A DNA stretch of 45,233 nt from Bacilli bacterium (GTDB lineage: Bacteria; Bacillota_I; Bacilli_A; RF39; UBA660). The stretch is from the NCBI GenBank assembly GCA_016290195.1, contig JAEETF010000024.1, positions 1-45,233 of the forward strand, read 5' to 3'. The notes below the pieces were generated by a model. The model was not told the DNA's origin and ran no database searches. It saw only the letters and a list, made by a program, of their open reading frames with translations. Positions within the stretch are counted from its first letter, which is position 1. Each line of letters starts with the position of its first letter. Below, one piece after another: positions 8,697-19,044 of this stretch. The position numbers were made by a program, and so were the translations under genes.

Positions 8697-10514
8697 ATGG
8701 AAAAAATAAGAAATATTGCAATTATAGCTCACGTAGACCATGGTAAAACTACTATGGTTGATAAATTACTTAGAATGTCTGGAACATTTAGAGAAAATGA
8801 AGAAGTAGTAGATTGTGTAATGGATTCTAATGCTATTGAAAGAGAACGTGGAATTACTATTCTTTCTAAAACAACTGCTATTGATTATAAAGGATATCGA
8901 ATTAATATACTTGATACACCAGGACATGCTGACTTTGGTGGTGAAGTAGAACGTATTATGAATATGGTTGATGGAGTTTTATTAATAGTTGATGCTTATG
9001 AAGGTACAATGCCTCAAACAAGATTTGTTCTTAAAAAAGCATTAGAAGCAGGTGTTACACCAATACTTGTTGTTAATAAAATAGATAAACCAACAGCTAG
9101 ACCAAAAGAAGTAGTAGATGAAGTATTAGAATTATTTATAGAACTTGGTGCAGATGCAGATCAACTTGATTTCCCAGTAGTATATGCATCAGGACTTGCA
9201 GGAACATCTAGTATGGATCCAGATCCAAGTACACAAAAAGAAACAATGGAACCAATCTTAGACTTAGTAATTAATCATGTGCCAGCTCCAGAAGTTGTTA
9301 AAGATGGAAGCTTACAATTTCAACCAGCATTATTAGATTATAATGATTTTGTTGGAAGAATTGGTATTGGACGTGTTAAACGTGGAACAATGAAAGTAAA
9401 TGAAATGGTTACTTGTGTTCGTTTAGATGGTAGCTATAAACAATTTAGAATTCAAAAAATGTTTGGATTTTTAGGTATTAAAAGAATTGAAATTACTGAA
9501 GCAAATGCTGGAGATATAGTAGCAATCGCAGGTCTTCCTGATATATCAGTTGGAGAAACAGTATGTGATATTGGAAAAGAAGATCCACTACCAGTATTAA
9601 AAATAGATGAACCAACTCTTCAAATGACATTTGGCGTTAACTCTAGCCCATTCTGTGGAAAAGATGGTAAATTATTAACTGCCAGAAAAATAGAAGAACG
9701 TTTATTTAAAGAAACTGAACGAGATGTTTCTTTAAGAGTAGAACCAAGTGAAGGAGAGTCTTGGATTGTATCTGGACGTGGAGAACTTCATTTAGGAATA
9801 TTAATTGAAAATATGCGTCGTGAAGGTTTTGAACTTCAAGTTTCTAAACCAAAAGTAATCATTAAAGAAGTAGATGGCGTAAAAATGGAACCATATGAAG
9901 AATTACAAATAGAAGTTCCAGAAGAATCAGTTGGTCCAGTTATTGAACAACTTGGTATGCGTGGAGCTAATATGGAAAGTATGAATAATTTTAATGGCCA
10001 AGTAAGACTTTTATATACTATTCCATCAAGAGGTTTAATTGGATTTTCAACAAACTTTATGACTTTAACTAAAGGTTATGGAATAATGAATCATAGTTTT
10101 AAAGAATATCGTAAGTTTGAATCAAGTGATATTGGTGAAAGAAAACTTGGTGTTTTAGTTTCAATGGAAAATGGTAAAACTACTGCATATGCTCTTGGTG
10201 CACTTGAAGATAGAGGTATTATGTTTGTTGAACCAGGAGTTGAAGTATATGAAGGTATGATTGTTGGTGAATGTAATCGTGAAAATGATTTAGCTGTAAA
10301 TGCTGTAAGAGGAAAGAATTTAACTAACGTACGTGCTGCTGGATCAGACCATACAGTTGTTTTAAAAAGACCAAGAATTATTACACTTGAATATGCGCTT
10401 GATTATATTAATACTGATGAACTTGTTGAAGTTACACCAAATAATATAAGACTTAGAAAACGTATTTTAAATACTGAATTACGTAAAAAAGCAGATGCTA
10501 AAAATAATAAATAA
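8697..10514 (+). CDS. typA: Translational GTPase TypA/BipA
   Basis: [30 protein letters not shown] and NKID G-motifs with EF-G-like domain order. ATG 8697 gives the canonical N-terminus; the track start 8619 is an upstream extension. Confidence 0.95.
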   Translation: MEKIRNIAIIAHVDHGKTTMVDKLLRMSGTFRENEEVVDCVMDSNAIERERGITILSKTTAIDYKGYRINILDTPGHADFGGEVERIMNMVDGVLLIVDAYEGTMPQTRFVLKKALEAGVTPILVVNKIDKPTARPKEVVDEVLELFIELGADADQLDFPVVYASGLAGTSSMDPDPSTQKETMEPILDLVINHVPAPEVVKDGSLQFQPALLDYNDFVGRIGIGRVKRGTMKVNEMVTCVRLDGSYKQFRIQKMFGFLGIKRIEITEANAGDIVAIAGLPDISVGETVCDIGKEDPLPVLKIDEPTLQMTFGVNSSPFCGKDGKLLTARKIEERLFKETERDVSLRVEPSEGESWIVSGRGELHLGILIENMRREGFELQVSKPKVIIKEVDGVKMEPYEELQIEVPEESVGPVIEQLGMRGANMESMNNFNGQVRLLYTIPSRGLIGFSTNFMTLTKGYGIMNHSFKEYRKFESSDIGERKLGVLVSMENGKTTAYALGALEDRGIMFVEPGVEVYEGMIVGECNRENDLAVNAVRGKNLTNVRAAGSDHTVVLKRPRIITLEYALDYINTDELVEVTPNNIRLRKRILNTELRKKADAKNNK

Positions 10515-10538
10515 GAATGATTTAATCATTCTTTTTTT
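10513..10538. terminator. Bidirectional rho-independent terminator (typA / ddl)
   Basis: AAGAATGA / TTTAA loop / TCATTCTT hairpin, T-run on + and A-run upstream (a T-run for the - strand). Confidence 0.65.
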
Positions 10539-11487
10539 ATGCATTATTAATTAAAATGGTTATTAAATCTTGATATGTTATTTTATTGTTTTCTATTAAC
10601 TTAGGAAACATACTAATTTCTGTAAAACCGGGAATAGTATTTATTTCATTTATATATAAAGTATTGTTTTCTAAAAAGAAATCTATTCTAGCATAATTTT
10701 TTAGATTCATTTCTATAAATAATAGTTTAGCTATTTTTTTAATTTCATTTTTTATTTCTTTATTTATATTAGCTGGTATTTGAAGTTTAGATTCTTTTTG
10801 ATATTTAGCTTCATAATCGTAAAAATTATTGCATGATACTATTTCTCCTATATCAGATATAATTAATTTATTTTTCTTTTTTAAAACTGCTACTTCAAGT
10901 TCTCTAGTATTTATAAATTTTTCAATAATAATTTTTTTATCATATTTAAATGCTTCTTTTACTGCTTTTTTTAATTCTTTTTTATTATTTGCTTTATTAA
11001 TTCCTATTGAAGAACCACCATTTGCTGGTTTAATTATTACTGGAAATTTCTTTATTTTTTTAATTTCTTTCATGTTTTTAATTGTTATAAATGGTACTTG
11101 ATTAATATTTAGATGTTTAAAAAATATTTTAGCTAATTCTTTATCAAAACATAATACACTTGCATCTGTTTTAGAACCAACATATTTAATATTAAATAAA
11201 TCAAATAATCCTTCTAGTTTACCATCTTCTCCATTATTCCCATGCGTAATAGGAAATGCTACATCATACTCTTTTAAAAATTCTATAATGTTATCTATTT
11301 TTATATCATTATTTCTATCATTTAAATTGGTATTATTAGTAACAAACCATTCATTTTGCTTATTAATAAATACTGGAGTAACATCAAATAAGAATAGATT
11401 AATATTATCATATATAGATTGAGCAGATTTAATAGAAATATTATGTTCTGTAGAGTTACCTCCGAATATAAGTAATACTTTTTTCAT
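10537..11487 (-). CDS. ddl: D-alanine--D-alanine ligase
   Basis: MKKVLLIFGGNSTEHNISIKSA, ATP-grasp layout, PVIIKPANGGSSIGI, EINTIPGFTEISMFP. Start is the ATG at 11487 (4 codons inside the track ORF) behind GAGGTG. Confidence 0.9.
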   Translation of the reverse strand: MKKVLLIFGGNSTEHNISIKSAQSIYDNINLFLFDVTPVFINKQNEWFVTNNTNLNDRNNDIKIDNIIEFLKEYDVAFPITHGNNGEDGKLEGLFDLFNIKYVGSKTDASVLCFDKELAKIFFKHLNINQVPFITIKNMKEIKKIKKFPVIIKPANGGSSIGINKANNKKELKKAVKEAFKYDKKIIIEKFINTRELEVAVLKKKNKLIISDIGEIVSCNNFYDYEAKYQKESKLQIPANINKEIKNEIKKIAKLLFIEMNLKNYARIDFFLENNTLYINEINTIPGFTEISMFPKLIENNKITYQDLITILINNA

Positions 11488-11648
11488 AAAACACCTCATT
11501 TATATATATGTAAATATATGTAAAAGGGTGTTGAATTTAGATTTAAAAATATGATATATTTATAATGGTTTAATCATATTTTGTTACTTTCCTTTTTCTT
11601 AGAAAGAATAAATTATCTTAAATCAAATAAGAAGAAGGAGGTAAATAC

Positions 11649-11813
11649 ATGGAAGAAAAGAAAGATAAAACAATCAAATGTGTTGATTGTGGAGCTGAAT
11701 TTGTTTTTACAGTAAGAGATCAAGAATTTTATGCTGAAAAAGGTTTTACTAATGAACCTAAGAGATGTAAAGCATGTAGAGAAGCTAAAAAACAAGCTAA
11801 AAATAATAAATAA
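11649..11813 (+). CDS. Small zinc-ribbon protein (CxxC...CxxC), absent from the ORF track
   Basis: GAAGGAGGT RBS (11634-11642), ATG 11649, TAA 11811-11813. MEEKKDKTIKCVDCGAEFVFTVRDQEFYAEKGFTNEPKRCKACREAKKQAKNNK (54 aa). The F-x-F-T...EQ-x-FY...KGF...P-x-RC-x-x-CR pattern matches a widespread bacterial zinc-ribbon family. Confidence 0.7.
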   Translation: MEEKKDKTIKCVDCGAEFVFTVRDQEFYAEKGFTNEPKRCKACREAKKQAKNNK

Positions 11814-11816
11814 AAG

Positions 11817-11838
11817 AATCATCATTTGATGATTTTTT
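11817..11838. terminator. Bidirectional hairpin between the zinc-ribbon gene and cotJC
   Basis: AATCATC / ATTT loop / GATGATT followed by a T-run; sits between convergent stops. Confidence 0.55.
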
Positions 11839-12409
11839 ATTTTAATTCCCCATTTTCTTTTTTCTTTAAATAATAATCTCTTAATTCTTTAAATCTTTGA
11901 TAATGAATAATTTCTCTTTGCCTTAAAAATGCAAGTGGAGCTAAGACATCTGGATCATCAGTTAAATCCATTAAATGTTCGTAAGTAGCTCTAGCTCTTT
12001 GTTCTGCTCCCATATCACTTTCAATATTAGCAATACAATCACCAGCTACTTTGATATATGTCATATTAAATGGATTACCAAATGCATCCGCAGGAAATAA
12101 ATCTTTACCAAATTGTGCATAATTAGAACCAAGTCCTGCTTTTTCCATTTCTTCTATAGTAGCATCCTTAGTAAGTTGATAAAGCATTGCTGAAATCATT
12201 TCTACGTGGCCAAGTTCTTCTGTTCCTATATCGGTAAGAAGAGCTTTACCTTTTTCATCTGGCATACAATATCTTTGATCTAAATATTGCCATGCGGCAG
12301 CAAGTTCGCCAGCAGGTCCACCATATTGAGTCATTATATATTTAGCTAGTTTTAAATCTTTTTTAGTTATGTTAATGGGAAAAGCTAATTTTTTTTCATA
12401 TTTCCACAT
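11837..12409 (-). CDS. cotJC: Spore coat protein CotJC (manganese-catalase-like ferritin fold)
   Basis: MWKYEKKLAFPINI...YGGPAGELAAAWQYLDQRY...EELGHVEMI...REIIHYQRF. 190 aa from the ATG at 12409 behind GGAGGAC (reverse complement of 12414-12420). The track ORF start is an upstream extension. Confidence 0.85.
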   Translation of the reverse strand: MWKYEKKLAFPINITKKDLKLAKYIMTQYGGPAGELAAAWQYLDQRYCMPDEKGKALLTDIGTEELGHVEMISAMLYQLTKDATIEEMEKAGLGSNYAQFGKDLFPADAFGNPFNMTYIKVAGDCIANIESDMGAEQRARATYEHLMDLTDDPDVLAPLAFLRQREIIHYQRFKELRDYYLKKKENGELK

Positions 12410-12419
12410 AATAGTCCTC

Positions 12420-12818
12420 CTATTTATTTTCCCAAGGCCATGGATTTTTAATCCATTCCCATTCATTATTTTTATTAACAGCATTATCTATACAAATTGG
12501 TCCATAATTCTTTTCATAATTTTTTAATGCTTCTTCTTTTTCTTCTTCATATTGTTTAAATAGATTAGCTATTTCTTTATTATTAGGAAAAATGTCTAAA
12601 TAAAGATTTAAGTCATTAATAGCAAAACAAAGAGCATTTATATATGTTAAGTCTTCAGCTTGTTTATTCATTGGTACTATTTCAAATGGCTTATTTATTT
12701 TATAAGTATTATAAAGATCAGGAAACATGTTTCCTCTGATATATCCAGCATATGAATCAAATAAATTAGTTATATCATTTTGTATAAAATCACATTTATT
12801 GAAATTATAATTATTCAT
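12420..12818 (-). CDS. CotJB-like spore coat protein with a CotJA-like N-terminal extension (apparent fusion)
   Basis: C-terminal part LNLYLDIFPNNKEIANLF...WEWIKNPWPWE fits CotJB. N-terminal GYIRGNMFPDLYNTYK fits the CotJA G-T-x-FP-x-L motif. AGGAGG RBS (reverse complement of 12825-12830). Immediately upstream of cotJC. Confidence 0.6.
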   Translation of the reverse strand: MNNYNFNKCDFIQNDITNLFDSYAGYIRGNMFPDLYNTYKINKPFEIVPMNKQAEDLTYINALCFAINDLNLYLDIFPNNKEIANLFKQYEEEKEEALKNYEKNYGPICIDNAVNKNNEWEWIKNPWPWENK

Positions 12819-12956
12819 AAGTAACCTCCTCGATATAGTTTATTCTGGTTTAAATATCTAGTATAGGCAAGTATCATTGATGGTTGCAAAATATGATATG
12901 TAGTGTTAAAATAAATTTTGCTTTGAAAGAGTATATTAAGGAATATAGGTGATTTT

Positions 12957-13388
12957 ATGGAAAAGAATTTAAGCAATTTAAAAAAAATAAAAGATAATAA
13001 AAAGAATATAAATATTGAAATGTTAGAACCAACTCTTACTATATATTGTGTAAGAAATGCATATTTTTTTACAGATAAAGATTTAAAAATGTACTGTAGA
13101 AATAATGATATTTCATTTTGTGATACATATTCAATTGAATACTTTGAAAAATTCGCTGGTTGCTTTGATGTTATAAAAATGGATGATACTTATTATCATG
13201 CAACATCAGCTGATAGTTATGGAGTTTACAATTATGATGAAAGTTTATCTAGTGGTAGATATGTATGGAATTTTGAAAATGGTAGTTTAGAAGAAGAATA
13301 TCAAATACTAAAAGATGTTGGAATTACTTTAGAAAATGATGTTTTTGATAAAGAAAATTTAAAAAAAACTCTTATTTTAAGAAAATAA
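12957..13388 (+). CDS. Hypothetical protein
   Basis: 143-aa ORF, AGGTGA RBS at 12946-12951. No motif recognised. Confidence 0.5.
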   Translation: MEKNLSNLKKIKDNKKNINIEMLEPTLTIYCVRNAYFFTDKDLKMYCRNNDISFCDTYSIEYFEKFAGCFDVIKMDDTYYHATSADSYGVYNYDESLSSGRYVWNFENGSLEEEYQILKDVGITLENDVFDKENLKKTLILRK

Positions 13389-13413
13389 TATATCAAACGA
13401 TATATTTTTTTTT
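13388..13413 (+). terminator. Weak AT-rich terminator hairpin
   Basis: ATATATC / AAAC loop / GATATAT followed by T8. Confidence 0.4.
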
Positions 13414-13434
13414 GTAAAAAAGTGCTAAAAAGTA

Positions 13435-13463
13435 TTGATTTTCATACGATTATACTGTATAAT
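13435..13463 (+). promoter_or_regulatory. Near-consensus sigma-A promoter of the S10 operon
   Basis: -35 TTGATT (13435-13440), exactly 17-nt spacer, -10 TATAAT (13458-13463). Confidence 0.7.
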
Positions 13464-13595
13464 TTTGAATGTGTGATGCGCGTTGATGTGTGAGGTTGCT
13501 GATACACCAGGTTAAGTTGTTGGTAAAATTTAACTTTGTATCGGGTTTTTACACGGAGCATGTCTATACAAGATATAGGCGAGAGGAGGATAATG
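13464..13595 (+). promoter_or_regulatory. Long 5' leader of the S10 operon (candidate ribosomal-protein autoregulatory leader)
   Basis: About 130 nt between the promoter and rpsJ, visibly more GC-rich than other intergenic DNA here (GTGATGCGCGTTGATGTGTGAGGTTGCTGATACACCAGG...). Contains possible GTAAAA/TTTTAC and TTAAGTT/AACTT pairings. Structure not established. Confidence 0.3.
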
Positions 13596-13904
13596 ATGGC
13601 TTCAACAAAAGTTCGTATCAAATTAAGAGGATTTGAACATAAGAGTGTTGATTTAGCTTGCGCTAAAATCATTGAAACAGTAAAAAGAACTGGTGGAAGT
13701 GTTAGCGGACCTGTTCCACTACCAACTGAAATCGAAAAGATTACAATTCTTAGAGCTGTTCACAAATATAAAGATTCTCGTGAACAATTTGAAAAGAGAA
13801 CACACAAAAGACTTATCGTTATCAACAATCCAAGCAAGGAAACAATAGATGCAATTACTCATCTTGATATTCCAAGCGGTGTTGATATACAAGTAAATTT
13901 ATAA
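13596..13904 (+). CDS. rpsJ: 30S ribosomal protein S10
   Basis: 102 aa from ATG 13596 (or 13593) behind [23 protein letters not shown]...GPVPLPT. The track start 13536 is an upstream extension. Confidence 0.95.
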   Translation: MASTKVRIKLRGFEHKSVDLACAKIIETVKRTGGSVSGPVPLPTEIEKITILRAVHKYKDSREQFEKRTHKRLIVINNPSKETIDAITHLDIPSGVDIQVNL

Positions 13905-13919
13905 TAGGAGGAAAGAAAT

Positions 13920-14663
13920 ATGAAAGGAATCTTAGGTCGTAAAATAGGAATGACTCAAGTATTTACAAAAACTGGTAAATTGATTCCTGTAACTGTTATT
14001 GAAGTAGAACCAAATGTGGTAACACAAATTAAGACTAAAGAAAATGATGGTTACGAAGCAATTCAAGTTGGCTTTGATACTAAGAGAGAAAAATTAACGA
14101 CAAAAGCATCTGCTGGTATTACTACTAAAGCAGGTACTACACCTAAGCGCTTCTTTAGAGAGTTTAGAGGAGTAAACATTAGTGAATATTCTTTAGGACA
14201 AGAAATCAAAGCTGATATCTTTACTGAAGGAGAAATGGTTGATGTTACTGGTACAACTAAGGGAAAAGGTTTCCAAGGTGTTATCAAACGTCATAACCAA
14301 AGTAGAGGTCCTATGGGACATGGTTCTCATTACCATAGAAAACCAGGTTCAATGGGAACAATGAGACCAATGCGTGTTTTTAAAGGTAAAAATTTACCAG
14401 GTCATATGGGAGTAGAAACAGTTACTATTCAAAATTTAATGATTGTTGCTGTTGATATGGAAAACAATTGTATCCTAGTTAAAGGAAATGTTCCAGGTCC
14501 AAAGAAAGCATTAATTATGATTAAGACAGCTGTTAAAAATCCAGATAAAGTAAATGAAATGGATGAATTAGTTTGCTACGATGTTACTGAAGAAGTAGTA
14601 GCAAATGAAGAACCAGCTGTAGAAACTACTGAGGCAGCAGAAGAAACTGCTAGCGAAAATTAG
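13920..14663 (+). CDS. rplC: 50S ribosomal protein L3 (with acidic C-terminal tail)
   Basis: [15 protein letters not shown]...[11 protein letters not shown], operon position. Confidence 0.97.
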   Translation: MKGILGRKIGMTQVFTKTGKLIPVTVIEVEPNVVTQIKTKENDGYEAIQVGFDTKREKLTTKASAGITTKAGTTPKRFFREFRGVNISEYSLGQEIKADIFTEGEMVDVTGTTKGKGFQGVIKRHNQSRGPMGHGSHYHRKPGSMGTMRPMRVFKGKNLPGHMGVETVTIQNLMIVAVDMENNCILVKGNVPGPKKALIMIKTAVKNPDKVNEMDELVCYDVTEEVVANEEPAVETTEAAEETASEN

Positions 14664-14675
14664 TAGGAGGTACAT

Positions 14676-15299
14676 ATGGAAAAATTTAAAGTATTAAATA
14701 CTAAAGGTGAAAAAGTAAGCGATGCAAAATTAAACGAAACTATTTGGGCTATTGAACCAAATGATACAGTTTTATATGATGCAATAACACTTACTAGAAA
14801 TGCTGAAAGACAAGGAACAGCTGATACAAAAACACGCTCAGAAGTAAGTGGTGGAGGAAGAAAACCATGGAAACAAAAAGGTACAGGTCGTGCTCGTCAA
14901 GGAAGTACTAGAGCTCCACACTGGCCAGGAGGAGGTATTGTTTTTGGACCTCATCCAAGAAGCTATTCAAAGAAAATGAATAGAAAAGAAAGAAGACTTG
15001 CTTTAAAATCTGCTTTATCTTATAAAGTAATTGGTAGTGAGTTAATTATCATTGATAGTTTAAAACTTGAAAATGCAAAAACAAAAACATTTGTAGAAAT
15101 TTTAAATAATTTAAAAGTTGAAGGAAATATCTTAATTGTTGTTGATGAATTAACTGAAAACTTAGTTCTTGCATCACGTAATTTAGCTAATGTAATTTTA
15201 CTTGAAGCTAGTGAAATTAATACATATGATGTAATCGCTGCTGACAAGATGATTATTACTGAAGCTGCAGTTAAGATGTTAGAGGAGGTGCTTGTTTAA
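14676..15299 (+). CDS. rplD: 50S ribosomal protein L4
   Basis: [19 protein letters not shown] motif, operon position. Confidence 0.97.
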   Translation: MEKFKVLNTKGEKVSDAKLNETIWAIEPNDTVLYDAITLTRNAERQGTADTKTRSEVSGGGRKPWKQKGTGRARQGSTRAPHWPGGGIVFGPHPRSYSKKMNRKERRLALKSALSYKVIGSELIIIDSLKLENAKTKTFVEILNNLKVEGNILIVVDELTENLVLASRNLANVILLEASEINTYDVIAADKMIITEAAVKMLEEVLV

Positions 15300-15580
15300 T
15301 GAATAACTATAGAGACGTTATTAAGGCTCCAATCATTACTGAAAAAAGCACTGGTTTACAACAAAATGAAAATACAATAACACTTAGTGTTGATGTTAAA
15401 GCTAATAAAACACAAATTAAACAAGCAGTTGAAAAAATCTTTAATGTTAAAGTTGAAAGTGTTAATACAATAAACGTTAAGCCAAAGAAAAAAAGAGTTG
15501 GTAGATATGTTGGAAAGACAAATCGCGTTAAGAAAGCAATTGTTAAGTTAAAAGAAGGAAGTTCAATTGAACTTAACTAA
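15299..15580 (+). CDS. rplW: 50S ribosomal protein L23
   Basis: [12 protein letters not shown]...[20 protein letters not shown] overlap with rplD. Confidence 0.95.
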   Translation: MNNYRDVIKAPIITEKSTGLQQNENTITLSVDVKANKTQIKQAVEKIFNVKVESVNTINVKPKKKRVGRYVGKTNRVKKAIVKLKEGSSIELN

Positions 15581-15592
15581 AGGAGGATATAT

Positions 15593-16423
15593 ATGCCAGT
15601 AAGAGTTTATAAACCAATGACTAATGGTTTAAGAGGTAAATCAACTCTTATTAATGATGAAATTACTAAGACAGTACCTGAAAAATCATTAGTTGTTACA
15701 CTTAAGAAAAATGGTGGACGTAATAATCAAGGAAGAATAACTGTTAGACACCAAGGTGGTGGAGCTAAAAGAAAATATCGTATTATCGATTTTAAAAGAG
15801 ATAAAGATGGTATTATCGGAACAGTATCTTCAATTGAATACGATCCAAATAGAACTGCAAACATTGCTTTAATTAATTATAATGATGGAGAAAAAAGATA
15901 TATAATTGCACCAAAAGGATTAAAAGTTGGTGACAAGATTGAATCAGGTGAAAATGCTGATATTAAGATTGGTAACTGTTTACCACTTGATAAGATTCCA
16001 GAAGGTACTTTAGTTCACAATATTGAATTAAAAGCTGGAAAAGGTGGTCAAATCGTTCGTTCAGCAGGTTCTAGTGCTCAAATACTTGGTCGTGAAGGTA
16101 AATATGTTTTAATTCGTTTAACTAGTGGCGAAGTTAGAAAAGTACTTGGTACTTGTCGTGCTACAGTTGGTGAAGTCGGAAATGCTGATCATGAACTTGT
16201 AAATTTAGGTAAAGCTGGACGTAAGAGACATATGGGTATTAGACCAACAGTTCGTGGTTCTGTTATGAACCCTAACGATCACCCTCATGGTGGTGGAGAA
16301 GGTCGTACACCAGTTGGACGTAAAGGACCAGTTACACCTTGGGGTAAACCTGCTTTAGGTTATAAGACACGTGACAATAAAAAAGCTTCAAATAAGTTAA
16401 TTGTACGTCGTCGTAAGAAATAG
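15593..16423 (+). CDS. rplB: 50S ribosomal protein L2
   Basis: [17 protein letters not shown]...[14 protein letters not shown]. Confidence 0.98.
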   Translation: MPVRVYKPMTNGLRGKSTLINDEITKTVPEKSLVVTLKKNGGRNNQGRITVRHQGGGAKRKYRIIDFKRDKDGIIGTVSSIEYDPNRTANIALINYNDGEKRYIIAPKGLKVGDKIESGENADIKIGNCLPLDKIPEGTLVHNIELKAGKGGQIVRSAGSSAQILGREGKYVLIRLTSGEVRKVLGTCRATVGEVGNADHELVNLGKAGRKRHMGIRPTVRGSVMNPNDHPHGGGEGRTPVGRKGPVTPWGKPALGYKTRDNKKASNKLIVRRRKK

Positions 16424-16442
16424 TGAAAGGATGGTTAAATAG

Positions 16443-16715
16443 ATGGCTAGAAGTTTAAAAAAAGCACCTTATGTTGGTGGTCATTTAATGGCTAAAATAG
16501 CTAAGGTTAATGAGTCTGGAAAAAAAGAAGTTATTAAAACATGGTCTCGCCGTTCAACCATTTATCCTGAATTTGTTGGACATACATTTGCTGTTCATAA
16601 TGGTAAAGAATTTATTCCAGTATATGTTACAGAAGATATGGTTGGCCATAAATTAGGAGAATTTGCCTTAACACGTAAGTTTGGTGGACATGGCGACGAT
16701 AAAGGAAAGAAATAG
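16443..16715 (+). CDS. rpsS: 30S ribosomal protein S19
   Basis: [11 protein letters not shown]...[17 protein letters not shown]. Confidence 0.97.
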   Translation: MARSLKKAPYVGGHLMAKIAKVNESGKKEVIKTWSRRSTIYPEFVGHTFAVHNGKEFIPVYVTEDMVGHKLGEFALTRKFGGHGDDKGKK

Positions 16716-16736
16716 TTACCAGGAAGGAGGACTTAA

Positions 16737-17072
16737 ATGGAAGCTAGAGCAATCGCAAAAGAAGTTAGAATTGTTCCTCGTAAAAGTCGTTTAGTTATCG
16801 ATTTAGTACGCGGTAAAAGTGTTATTGAAGCTGATACAATTTTAAAAAATATGAACAAAGAAGCTGCAAGAGCTATTCGTAAGGTTCTTACAAGTGCTGT
16901 TGCAAATGCTGAAAATAATTTCAGTTTAGATAAAAATAAATTATATGTTAAAGAAGCTCGTATCGATGAAGGTAGAGTTTTAAAAAGAATGAAGTTCGGA
17001 TCACGTGGACATGTTGATCCTATAAAGAAAAGAACTAGTCATATTACAATTATTGTAAGTGAGAAAAATTAA
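16737..17072 (+). CDS. rplV: 50S ribosomal protein L22
   Basis: [27 protein letters not shown], operon position. Confidence 0.95.
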   Translation: MEARAIAKEVRIVPRKSRLVIDLVRGKSVIEADTILKNMNKEAARAIRKVLTSAVANAENNFSLDKNKLYVKEARIDEGRVLKRMKFGSRGHVDPIKKRTSHITIIVSEKN

Positions 17073-17089
17073 GCAAAGGAGGAAATCTG

Positions 17090-17767
17090 ATGGGTCAAAA
17101 GGTTAGTCCTATAGGACTTAGATTAGGAATTAATAAAAAATGGCAATCAAATTGGTATGCAGATAAGGATTTCGCTCTTAATCTTGAAAAAGATCGTAAG
17201 ATTCGTAAATTCTTAGAAGCTGGATTAAAAGATGCATCAGTTTCAAGCATTATTATTGAAAGAAATAGTTCAAAAACTAATGTAATCATTAATACTGCTA
17301 AGCCAGGTGTTGTTATTGGACATGGTGGCGATGAAATTGAAAAATTAAGAGCCAAATTAGCAAAATTAGTAAAAGAAGATGTTCAAATCTCAATCATGGA
17401 AATTAAAAATCCAGATTTAGATGCATCATTAGTTGCTGAAAACATTGCACATCAAATTGAAAATCGTGTATCATTCAGAATTGCTCAAAAGAGAGCTATT
17501 AGAAATACACTAAAAGCAGGAGCAAAAGGAATTAAAACTGCTGTTTCTGGAAGACTTGGTGGTGCTGATATGGCTAGAACAGAAGGATATACAGAAGGTA
17601 ATATTCCACTTCATACACTTAGAGCAGATGTTGATTATGCTCATAAAGAAGCAAATACAACATATGGAAAAATTGGTGTAAAGGTTTGGATTTATAAAGG
17701 TGAAATCCTTCCTGGAAAAGAGAAAAAGGGAGGTAATAGCGATGGCAGTCATTCCAAAAAACACTAA
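17090..17767 (+). CDS. rpsC: 30S ribosomal protein S3
   Basis: [26 protein letters not shown] domain [11 protein letters not shown]. The basic C-terminal tail overlaps the rplP start. Confidence 0.97.
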   Translation: MGQKVSPIGLRLGINKKWQSNWYADKDFALNLEKDRKIRKFLEAGLKDASVSSIIIERNSSKTNVIINTAKPGVVIGHGGDEIEKLRAKLAKLVKEDVQISIMEIKNPDLDASLVAENIAHQIENRVSFRIAQKRAIRNTLKAGAKGIKTAVSGRLGGADMARTEGYTEGNIPLHTLRADVDYAHKEANTTYGKIGVKVWIYKGEILPGKEKKGGNSDGSHSKKH

Positions 17768-18173
17768 ATATCGTAGACCACACCGTCTTCGCTATGATGG
17801 TGTAGCAAAAGGAAATACATCCCTTCACTTTGGATCATATGGTCTAATGGCAATGGAAGGTGCATGGATTACTCAACAACAAATTGAAGCAGCTCGTGTT
17901 GCTATGACACGTTTTATGAAACGTGGGGGAAGAGTATGGATTAATATATTCCCACACTTATCATTAACTAAAATACCTCTAGAAACTCGTATGGGTAAAG
18001 GTAAAGGTCAACCAGAAGTATGGGTTGCAGTTGTTAAAAAAGGAAAAATTATGTTTGAAATTGGTGAGGTTGATGAAGCAACAGCACGTGAAGCTTTAAG
18101 ACTAGCAATGCATAAACTTCCAATCAAATGTAAATTCGTTTCTAAAGAAAGTGGTGAGACTAATGAAAAATAG
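17742..18173 (+). CDS. rplP: 50S ribosomal protein L16
   Basis: [15 protein letters not shown]...[11 protein letters not shown] 17742 behind AAGGGAGGT. The track start 17700 is an extension inside rpsC. Confidence 0.93.
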   Translation: MAVIPKNTKYRRPHRLRYDGVAKGNTSLHFGSYGLMAMEGAWITQQQIEAARVAMTRFMKRGGRVWINIFPHLSLTKIPLETRMGKGKGQPEVWVAVVKKGKIMFEIGEVDEATAREALRLAMHKLPIKCKFVSKESGETNEK

Positions 18174-18360
18174 TGAAATTAGAGAATTAACTAATGAACA
18201 AATCAATAAAAAAATTGATGAATATAAAGAAGAATTATTCAATCTTCGTTTTAGTCAAGCTACTGGTAATCTAGAAAAACCTTCAAGAATTAGAGAATTA
18301 AGAAAATTAGTTGCACGTATGAAAACAATTTTACGTGAACGTGAACTAAAGGAAAAATAG
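18163..18360 (+). CDS. rpmC: 50S ribosomal protein L29
   Basis: [38 protein letters not shown] 18163 overlaps the rplP stop. Confidence 0.9.
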   Translation: MKNSEIRELTNEQINKKIDEYKEELFNLRFSQATGNLEKPSRIRELRKLVARMKTILRERELKEK

Positions 18361-18369
18361 GAGGCTTTT

Positions 18370-18636
18370 ATGGAAGAAAAGAGAAAAAACGAATTACTTG
18401 GAAAAGTTGTTAGTGATGGAACTAAAGCTGATAAAACAATAAAGGTTTTAGTAGAAACATATAAAAAAGATTCATTATATGGTAAACGTGTTAAATATTC
18501 TAAAAAATATACTGCACATGATGCAAATAATGAAGCTAAAATTGGTGATATAGTTCGTATTGTTGAAACTAGACCACTTTCAAAAACAAAACGTTATCGT
18601 TTAGTTGAAATAGTAGAAAAAGCAGTTATTCTATAA
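18370..18636 (+). CDS. rpsQ: 30S ribosomal protein S17
   Basis: [19 protein letters not shown]...[27 protein letters not shown]. Confidence 0.95.
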   Translation: MEEKRKNELLGKVVSDGTKADKTIKVLVETYKKDSLYGKRVKYSKKYTAHDANNEAKIGDIVRIVETRPLSKTKRYRLVEIVEKAVIL

Positions 18637-18660
18637 TTGCAATGGTAAAGGAGGATTAAT

Positions 18661-19026
18661 ATGCTTCAACAAGAAAGTCGCTTAAAAGTTGCTGATAACT
18701 CTGGAGCACGTGAAATTAGTGTTATTAGAGTTCTTGGCGGAAGTAAAGTTAAGACTGGTAATATTGGTGATATAGTTGTTGGAACTGTAAAAAAAGCCAC
18801 TCCTACAGGAACAATTGGCAAAGGAAAAGTTGTTAAAGCTGTTATTGTTAGGAGCAAATTTGGTCAAAGAAGAGAAGATGGATCTTATATAAAATTTGAT
18901 GATAACGCTTGTGTTATTATTAAAGATGATAATAGTCCCGTTGGAACTCGTGTATTTGGACCAGTAGCACGTGAATTGCGTGATAAATTTATGAAAATCG
19001 TATCACTTGCTAAAGAAGTGTTATAG
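18661..19026 (+). CDS. rplN: 50S ribosomal protein L14
   Basis: [19 protein letters not shown]...GPVARELR. Confidence 0.98.
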   Translation: MLQQESRLKVADNSGAREISVIRVLGGSKVKTGNIGDIVVGTVKKATPTGTIGKGKVVKAVIVRSKFGQRREDGSYIKFDDNACVIIKDDNSPVGTRVFGPVARELRDKFMKIVSLAKEVL

Positions 19027-19044
19027 ATATAGGAGGAAAAACTC

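Noticed and set aside
11488-11533. Hairpin that could sequester the ddl Shine-Dalgarno sequence (AACACC 11490-11495 pairing with GGTGTT 11527-11532)
   Set aside because: Only a 6-bp stem closing an AT-rich loop of about 31 nt. This is too weak to call a regulatory structure without comparative support.
11613-11825. 70-aa minus-strand track ORF
   Set aside because: Low-complexity Phe/Ser/Leu product with no RBS. The plus strand carries a strongly signalled zinc-ribbon gene (11649-11813).
13442-13672. Minus-strand 76-aa ORF and the 20-codon upstream extension of the rpsJ ORF (13536)
   Set aside because: Both overlap the S10 promoter and leader. S10 homology and the GAGAGGAGGA RBS place the real start at 13593/13596.
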